18,886 nt of DNA from Spirochaetia bacterium (lineage in GTDB: Bacteria; Spirochaetota; Spirochaetia; SZUA-6; Bin103): the NCBI GenBank assembly GCA_965203905.1, contig CBDBDQ010000001.1:1-18886 (forward strand), given 5' to 3'. Below the pieces are notes generated by a model, which did not search any database, was not told the origin of the DNA, and was given only the letters and a program-made list of their open reading frames with translations. The translations under genes were made by a program, and so were the position numbers. How positions within the stretch are numbered: the first letter of the stretch is position 1; every line of letters starts with the position of its first letter. Shown here one piece after another: positions 9,660-15,557 of this stretch.

Positions 9660-9711
9660 GTGGTTGAATGCGACCCTGTGATTTGCGCCTCGAACAGCCT
9701 CCCCAAGGACT

Positions 9712-9768
9712 CATCCCAGAAAGGAGGTGCGCGGCTATGCGATGATCAAGCACGCAGTTACCGAATTC
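9712..9768 (+). repeat. Diverged intergenic direct repeat, copy B
   Basis: CATCCCAGAAAGGAGGTGCGCGGCTATGCGATGATCAAGCACGCAGTTACCGAATTC, offset 723 nt from copy A. Confidence 0.75.
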
Positions 9769-9770
9769 TA

Positions 9771-9786
9771 CGAGACTAAAGTCTCG
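9771..9786. promoter_or_regulatory. Perfect inverted repeat, candidate operator upstream of the ABC cassette
   Basis: CGAGACT-AA-AGTCTCG, ending 72 nt before ATG 9859. Confidence 0.4.
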
Positions 9787-9858
9787 GCCACTCGCATCGA
9801 TGGGGCGTCCCGAGACGGACACACGACACAGAGACCATAGATTCAAGGAGAAGCATAT

Positions 9859-11418
9859 ATGAAACGATTGATCGCATTCTCGGCATTGTTCATGGTGCTG
9901 GGTGGATTCGCCTTCGCTACCGGGCAGACTGACATGGAAGGGGCCGCGACCGGGCCGGTCAAGGTCACCGTGTATCAAGGCCCCGGAAACTACCCGGTGG
10001 ACCCGGTCACGGGAATAGAATCGGCGGAAGCACTGCCGGCCTACCAGATCATCGAGGAGAGGACCAACGTCGATATCGAGTGGTACCACCCGAGTGACCA
10101 CTACGCCGAGCTGGCGCTGCGGTTCGCTTCCGACGACCTCACCGACGTCATCATCACCGATCCGGCCTTCGGCGGATACCCCGGCGGCGTCCAGAAGGCC
10201 TACAACGATGGCTACATTCTCGCTTTGAATGAGTACCTGGCCGCCGGCTACGCACCCAACTACCAGAACCTGATCAACACGGTTGCGGATTTTCGCAAGG
10301 GAGCGATCACCGATGAGGGGATGTTCCTGGCGTTTACGCGATATGAGCCGGGCTTCATCAAGCGCCCCTACCTCGGCTACATGGTGCGTCAGGACTGGCT
10401 CGACCAGGTAGATGCGGATATGCCCGAGGATCTGGACGACTGGTACAACCTGTTCAAGTCGTGGCACGCGGCGAACCTCAACGGCAGCGGGGGGCCGGTC
10501 GTCGGCGGCAGCCAGTTTCTGAATGACATCGCTCTCTTTGCCGGCGCCTTTGGCGTGGTGGAAGAAGAGAATTTCATGCTTGACCCGGTCACCGGGAAAG
10601 TGGAATACGCCAAGATCCAGCCGGAATACAGAGAGCTCCTGGAGTTCTACCTGAAGCTGATCGATGAAGGTCTGATGGACCCGGAAACATTCATCATGGA
10701 CGACGGCACCTTCCGCGCGCTGGTCATAGATGGCCAGTACGGCATGCTGGGTACCTATGAGGACTGGTTTCCAAGGTTGAACGACGCAGGCCAGCAGAAG
10801 AATAGTGATTTCCTGTTGGTTGCGGCGCCGTATCCGATGTCAGCGGACGGCAACAGATACGCCCAGCGCAACTTCGCCAGGGTGACTCCGGGCGGCTGGA
10901 CGGCGATCAAGGATGGGGTGAGCGACGAGGTGCTTCGCGCGGCCATGAGATGGGTCGACTTCGCCTTCACTCAGGAGGGTGCCGATCTGCTCAACTGGGG
11001 TATCCTGGGAGAGTCATACGAAGTAGACAGCAGCGGCAAGAAGCGGGTCATCGTCCCGCTCGAGGACCTGTCCAAGTGGTCTCTCGGCGGCGCCGGCAGT
11101 TCCCGCCTGATGGATGTCGAAGCCTCGTTCGCCCGCTACACGCCATTCAACATCGAGCAGACCAAGGTATGGGCCGACAGCCCCGACTATTCTCTGTTCC
11201 TGCCCGGCAGGCTGACTTACACCGCCGACGAGACGGACCAGATCACGGGAATGCTCACCGACATCAACACCTACGCCAAGGAAACCATCCTGCAGATCCT
11301 GCAAGGCGCGAAATCGATCGACGTCTGGGACGATTACGTAGCCACCCTGAAGCGCATGGGGGTCGATGAAATCACCGCGATCACGCAGCACGCATACGAT
11401 CGCTATGTGAAGCGCTAG
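9859..11418 (+). CDS. Carbohydrate ABC transporter extracellular solute-binding protein (LplA-like)
   Basis: AAGGAG RBS; signal peptide without a lipobox Cys; IEERTNVDIEW, MVRQDWLDQV...PEDLDDWYNLFK, LLNWGILGESY, WDDYVATLKRMG...AYDRY; adjacent permeases. Confidence 0.92.
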   Translation: MKRLIAFSALFMVLGGFAFATGQTDMEGAATGPVKVTVYQGPGNYPVDPVTGIESAEALPAYQIIEERTNVDIEWYHPSDHYAELALRFASDDLTDVIITDPAFGGYPGGVQKAYNDGYILALNEYLAAGYAPNYQNLINTVADFRKGAITDEGMFLAFTRYEPGFIKRPYLGYMVRQDWLDQVDADMPEDLDDWYNLFKSWHAANLNGSGGPVVGGSQFLNDIALFAGAFGVVEEENFMLDPVTGKVEYAKIQPEYRELLEFYLKLIDEGLMDPETFIMDDGTFRALVIDGQYGMLGTYEDWFPRLNDAGQQKNSDFLLVAAPYPMSADGNRYAQRNFARVTPGGWTAIKDGVSDEVLRAAMRWVDFAFTQEGADLLNWGILGESYEVDSSGKKRVIVPLEDLSKWSLGGAGSSRLMDVEASFARYTPFNIEQTKVWADSPDYSLFLPGRLTYTADETDQITGMLTDINTYAKETILQILQGAKSIDVWDDYVATLKRMGVDEITAITQHAYDRYVKR

Positions 11419-11454
11419 CGGACCTGGTATACGCTTGACGAGTGAGACCACAAG

Positions 11455-12423
11455 GTGGGAGCGGCCGCTACCGGCCTTCCCACCTTGCGCGTGAGCAAGA
11501 TGAAGTCGGCACGCAGTTTCACCCGAATGCTGAAGAGGGACTTCACCATGTACCGGTCCCTCTACCTCCTCGCCATTCCCGGCCTGGCATATTTTGTCCT
11601 GTTCCACTACGGACCCATGTATGGGGCCATCATCGCGTTCAAGGATTTCACTCCCAAGCTCGGCATTCTGCGCAGCCCATGGGTCGGCTTCGAGCACTTT
11701 GTAGACTTTTTCAACTCGTTCTATTTCTTCCGGCTCTTGCGCAACACCCTGGTGCTCAACGTGGTAAGTCTCCTGTTCGAGTTTCCGGCGCCAATCATTC
11801 TCGCACTGCTGCTGAATGAAGTCCGCCACAGGAAGTTCAAGAGTTCCATTCAAACCTTGTCCTACCTTCCACATTTCATTTCGATCATCGTCATTTGTGG
11901 AATGATTCTCCAGTTTACCAACAGTCGCGGCATCGTCAGCGACTTCATCGCAGTTCTGGGTGGCGACCGGGTGAACCTGTTGGGTCATCCCAAGTATTTT
12001 CGGCCTGTCTACGTGGTTACCGAGATATGGCAAGGGGTGGGCTGGGGATCGATCATCTACCTTGCCGCGCTGAGCGCCATCGACCAGGAATTGTACGCCT
12101 CCGCCGCCATCGATGGTGCCGGCCGCTTTCGGCAAGCCTGGCATGTGACGATCCCCGGTATCCTGCCGACCATAGTCATACTTCTCATCCTCCGCATGGG
12201 GAACATGATGAGCATCGGATTCGAGAAGATATTCCTGTTGTACAATCCCGCGATCTACGAGACCGCGGACGTGATTCCAACGTTCGTGTATCGCCGAGGC
12301 CTGCTGGAGAACGACTATAGCTTCAGCGGTGCCGTGGGCATCTTCAACTCGGTCATCAACCTGGGGCTCCTGGTCACGGCCAATGCCATCAGCAGAAAGG
12401 TCAACGAGACCAGTCTCTGGTAG
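11455..12423 (+). CDS. Carbohydrate ABC transporter permease (LplB-like); start uncertain (11455-11548)
   Basis: FHYGPMYGAIIAFKDF, SPWVGFEHF, YLPHFIS, WQGVGWGSIIYLAAL, EAA loop LYASAAIDGAGRFRQAWHVTIP, DVIPTFVYRRGL. Confidence 0.95.
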   Translation: MGAAATGLPTLRVSKMKSARSFTRMLKRDFTMYRSLYLLAIPGLAYFVLFHYGPMYGAIIAFKDFTPKLGILRSPWVGFEHFVDFFNSFYFFRLLRNTLVLNVVSLLFEFPAPIILALLLNEVRHRKFKSSIQTLSYLPHFISIIVICGMILQFTNSRGIVSDFIAVLGGDRVNLLGHPKYFRPVYVVTEIWQGVGWGSIIYLAALSAIDQELYASAAIDGAGRFRQAWHVTIPGILPTIVILLILRMGNMMSIGFEKIFLLYNPAIYETADVIPTFVYRRGLLENDYSFSGAVGIFNSVINLGLLVTANAISRKVNETSLW

Positions 12424-12428
12424 CTGCC

Positions 12429-13334
12429 GTGAGACATACCGGACGCTATAGACAGTCGTTGACCGGCTACCTGTTCGATTCGACGAACTACCTCTGTCTG
12501 TTCCTCTTTTCCCTGCTCTGCCTGTATCCTTTCCTGCATGTAGTGTTCGCCTCCTTCAGCACCCCGGAAGGCCTCAACTCCTCGTTCGGGATCATGCTTG
12601 GTCCCCAAGGCTTCAACTTGAAGGGATACGAACTTACCTTCAAGTTCAACGGCATCGTGACCGGGTACCTGAACACGACCTTCTACGTTACCGCTGGCAC
12701 TGCCCTCAACGTGTTCTTTACCGGTCTCCTGGCCTACGTACTGGCCAGCGGGGCGTACTGGAAGAAGCACATGATGATACTCGTCGTCTTCACGATGTTC
12801 TTCAACGGTGGCCTGATCCCGACCTTCCTCCTGGTGCGCTCGCTACAACTGCTCGACACGCGCTGGGCAATGCTCCTGCCGGGTCTCATCAGTGCCTGGA
12901 ACCTCATCATCATGCGCACCTACTTCATGTCGATTCCGGCCAGCCTGGAGGAATCGGCGAGGATCGATGGGGCCTCACCGTATCGCATTCTGTTCAGTAT
13001 CGTGGTTCCGTTGTCGGCTCCGGTGGTGGCTGTCATGGTGCTCTACTACGGGGTTGGACATTGGAATTCATGGTTCAACGCATTGATCTACCTGCGCAAC
13101 AGAAGGTTGTTTCCGCTGCAGCTTTTCTTGCGCGAGATCCTGATTCAGAATGTCTATACGGCAGAGCTCGCGGACGGTCTCAGGCCCACGGACTACCGGA
13201 TAGCGACCGAAGTAAACGAGGAAATCCTGAAGAACGCGTTTATCGTCATCGCGACGATACCGATCGTCTGCTTGTATCCTTTTCTGCAACGCTATTTCAT
13301 CAAGGGCGTCATGATAGGCGCCTTGAAGGGTTGA
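12429..13334 (+). CDS. Carbohydrate ABC transporter permease (LplC-like)
   Basis: CLYPFLHVVFASFS, FTMFFNGGLIPTFL, EAA loop LEESARIDGA, GHWNSWFNA, YPFLQRYFIKGVMIGALKG. Confidence 0.95.
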   Translation: MRHTGRYRQSLTGYLFDSTNYLCLFLFSLLCLYPFLHVVFASFSTPEGLNSSFGIMLGPQGFNLKGYELTFKFNGIVTGYLNTTFYVTAGTALNVFFTGLLAYVLASGAYWKKHMMILVVFTMFFNGGLIPTFLLVRSLQLLDTRWAMLLPGLISAWNLIIMRTYFMSIPASLEESARIDGASPYRILFSIVVPLSAPVVAVMVLYYGVGHWNSWFNALIYLRNRRLFPLQLFLREILIQNVYTAELADGLRPTDYRIATEVNEEILKNAFIVIATIPIVCLYPFLQRYFIKGVMIGALKG

Positions 13335-13431
13335 CGGCATGGGTTTCAGGGACAGACAGCGGCGGGATCGGAATCGTCTGGCGGGCGAGCGCGCCACGCT
13401 TCGGCACCGGTGTGGCGATGGAGAGGTCGGG

Positions 13432-13460
13432 TTGACAGCCGGCGGAGTACACCGTAGCTT
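13432..13460 (+). promoter_or_regulatory. Candidate sigma70 promoter of the desaturase-like gene
   Basis: TTGACA (13432-13437), 17 nt, TAGCTT (13455-13460), 39 nt before ATG 13500. Confidence 0.65.
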
Positions 13461-13499
13461 GCCGCTTGAACTGTCCATCCGATCGGTAGCACTTCTTCA

Positions 13500-14615
13500 A
13501 TGAGCGCCAGCGAACTTCAGCAGCACCGCATCCAGGTGAGCGGCGAGCCCGTGCAATACAGCGCGGCGGAAACCGGCATCCACGACGACAGCAAGCGCTT
13601 CAACTGGTACCGCAGCCCCATCGACCGCGCGGTGCTGGCCGAGTTGAACCGCAGGAACGACTGGCAGCCGCTACTGCACAATCTCGGCATGCTCGGATTC
13701 TCGGCCGCCACCGGGGCGGTAGCCTTCTGGGCGTTCCATCACCTGGCCTGGCCCTGGGTGGTGGCCGCGATCTGGTTGCACTGCTCGTTCTACGGCTTCT
13801 TCGGCGGCGGCACCGGCGGCCACGAGCTGGCCCACAAGAGCATGTTCAAGACCCGCTGGCTGAACGAGTTCTTCCTCCGCCTCAACGGCTTTCTGACCTG
13901 GTTCAACTACCTCAACTTCCGCCGCAGCCACGCCAAGCATCACCAGTACACCACGCACCACGACTTCGACCTGGAGGTGATGCTGCCGCTCAACTTCAAG
14001 TGGCACGCCTGGATCTACGGATTCACCTTCCACCCGAAGTCGTTGCTGCTGGTATTCCCGCACCTGTTCCGGCAGTGCTTCGGGCGCCGCCGGGAGGTGA
14101 TTCTGAGAACGGAGTGGGAGCGGATCCTGTTCCCGGAATCGGATCCCGAGGGGCTCGCGAAGATGGTGCGCTGGGCACGCGTGATGCTGTTCGGCCATGC
14201 CGCGCTGGCGCTGATCTTCTTGCTGTCGGGCAACTGGATCCTGCTGTTCCTGGTGACCTTCGCGACGTTCTTCGCGAGGTGGTTCGGCATCCTGACCCAC
14301 GTGCCGCAACACATCGGCATGGAGCCGGACGTGGCCGACTGGCGGCGCAGCACGCGCACCTACCTGGCCGGCCCGTTCGTGCGCTTCTTCTATTGGAACA
14401 TGAACTACCACGTCGAGCACCACATGTTCGCCGCGGTGCCGTTCTACAACCTGCCCAAGCTGCGCAAGGTGCTGGAGCCCGATTTGCCGGTCGCTCCCTA
14501 CGGCCTGTTCGCCACCTGGCGCGAGATCGTCGACACCCTGCGCAAGCAGAAGCGCGACCCCACCTACCAGCGCCCGCTGCGCTACCCGGACGCCCGCAAC
14601 GCGGCCGGCACCTGA
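13500..14615 (+). CDS. Membrane fatty-acid-desaturase-family di-iron enzyme (MocD-like oxygenase)
   Basis: Three His boxes HELAH, HAKHH and YHVEHH; WYRSPIDR N-terminus; YWNMNYHVEHHMFAAVPFYNLPKL; hydrophobic segments. Confidence 0.9.
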   Translation: MSASELQQHRIQVSGEPVQYSAAETGIHDDSKRFNWYRSPIDRAVLAELNRRNDWQPLLHNLGMLGFSAATGAVAFWAFHHLAWPWVVAAIWLHCSFYGFFGGGTGGHELAHKSMFKTRWLNEFFLRLNGFLTWFNYLNFRRSHAKHHQYTTHHDFDLEVMLPLNFKWHAWIYGFTFHPKSLLLVFPHLFRQCFGRRREVILRTEWERILFPESDPEGLAKMVRWARVMLFGHAALALIFLLSGNWILLFLVTFATFFARWFGILTHVPQHIGMEPDVADWRRSTRTYLAGPFVRFFYWNMNYHVEHHMFAAVPFYNLPKLRKVLEPDLPVAPYGLFATWREIVDTLRKQKRDPTYQRPLRYPDARNAAGT

Positions 14616-14645
14616 CCGGAACCCGCGGCCGCGGGCGCCGCGCCG

Positions 14646-15446
14646 CTACCTCACGCAGCCGGGATAGGTGGCGCCCGCGATCGGGAAATAGACCGGACCG
14701 CCGCCGGGATCGGTGTGGGTGGAACGGGCGCTCATGTAGGAGAGCGCGATGGCACGGCGCCACTTGTCGCTGAGATTCGGCTCCGTGGCATGCGGCAGCA
14801 GGGAGTGGAAGAACAGTCCCGCGCCGGCCGGCATCGGCGCCAGCGTCTTGGCCGCCGCGTCGTAGTGCTCGGGCGGAATCACGTAGTCGTCGGTCACGTG
14901 TACGTGGGGCAGGGCACCGTCCAGGTGGGCGCCCGCGATCACCCCCATGCAGCCGTTCTCGACCGTCGCCTCGTCGATGGCGAACCAGCAGCTGCACAGC
15001 TCCATGGGCCGGATCGGCCAGTAGGGCGAGTCCTGATGCATGCCCTTGGCGGAACCCACCTCCGGCGGCTTGAGCAGCACCCCGTTGCGGAACATCTTGA
15101 TGTCCGGCCCCAGAATGCGGGTCAGGACGCCGACGATGTTGGGATGGCGCCCGAGCGCCTGGAACAGGTCGTCCGATTCCACCAGCCCGTCGACCTTGCG
15201 GATGCCGTCGCCGGGATGCTCGACGCTCAGCTCGCCGCGCGTGACGCGCGGCTCGATCTGCACCCGGAGTTGCTCCTGCGAACGTCCGCCGTGGGTGTAC
15301 TCGCGCAGCCGCTCCTGCAGGGCCGTCAGCTCGGCCTCCGAGACCAGGTTCTCGATCACCACGAAACCATGGCTGCGGTAGTGGGCGAGTTGCTCGTCGG
15401 TCAGCTCGATCGCCGCGGCGGTGCCGGCTTCTTGTGCGGTTGCCAT
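14646..15446 (-). CDS. Phytanoyl-CoA dioxygenase (PhyH) family Fe(II)/2-oxoglutarate dioxygenase
   Basis: LTDEQLAHYRSHGFVVIENL, MHQDSPYW (HxD), WFAIDEATVENGCM, FHSLLPHATEPN (distal His), RRA. Confidence 0.93.
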   Translation of the reverse strand: MATAQEAGTAAAIELTDEQLAHYRSHGFVVIENLVSEAELTALQERLREYTHGGRSQEQLRVQIEPRVTRGELSVEHPGDGIRKVDGLVESDDLFQALGRHPNIVGVLTRILGPDIKMFRNGVLLKPPEVGSAKGMHQDSPYWPIRPMELCSCWFAIDEATVENGCMGVIAGAHLDGALPHVHVTDDYVIPPEHYDAAAKTLAPMPAGAGLFFHSLLPHATEPNLSDKWRRAIALSYMSARSTHTDPGGGPVYFPIAGATYPGCVR

Positions 15447-15454
15447 GAGTGTGG

Positions 15455-15484
15455 AGCGTAGGGCCGATAACGCGCACGTGGCAA
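15455..15484 (-). promoter_or_regulatory. Candidate promoter for a (near-)leaderless phyH transcript
   Basis: On the minus strand: TTGCCA (15484-15479), 18 nt, TACGCT (15460-15455), 8 nt, then ATG 15446, with no Shine-Dalgarno. Confidence 0.5.
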
Positions 15485-15527
15485 GCGGGCCGGTGCGGCC
15501 ATTGCAAACCGGTCGGCGGCAGACGGC

Positions 15528-15542
15528 GAGTGTAGTACACTC
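15528..15542. promoter_or_regulatory. Palindromic site containing back-to-back TACACT -10-like hexamers
   Basis: GAGTGTA-G-TACACTC in the divergent intergenic region, 15 nt before ATG 15558. Confidence 0.5.
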
Positions 15543-15557
15543 CCGAACGCCCCATCG

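Noticed and set aside
9718-9729. AGAAAGGAGGTG as an antisense 16S rRNA 3' end fragment
   Set aside because: The match does not extend into flanking rRNA sequence, so it is better read as a Shine-Dalgarno.
9859-13334. Absence of an ATPase gene in the ABC cassette
   Set aside because: This is normal for carbohydrate (CUT1) importers that share an MsiK/MsmX-type ATPase encoded elsewhere.
14622-14635. Palindrome CCCGCGGCCGCGGG between convergent genes as a terminator
   Set aside because: There is no U-tract on either strand, and an all-G/C palindrome is unsurprising at this composition.
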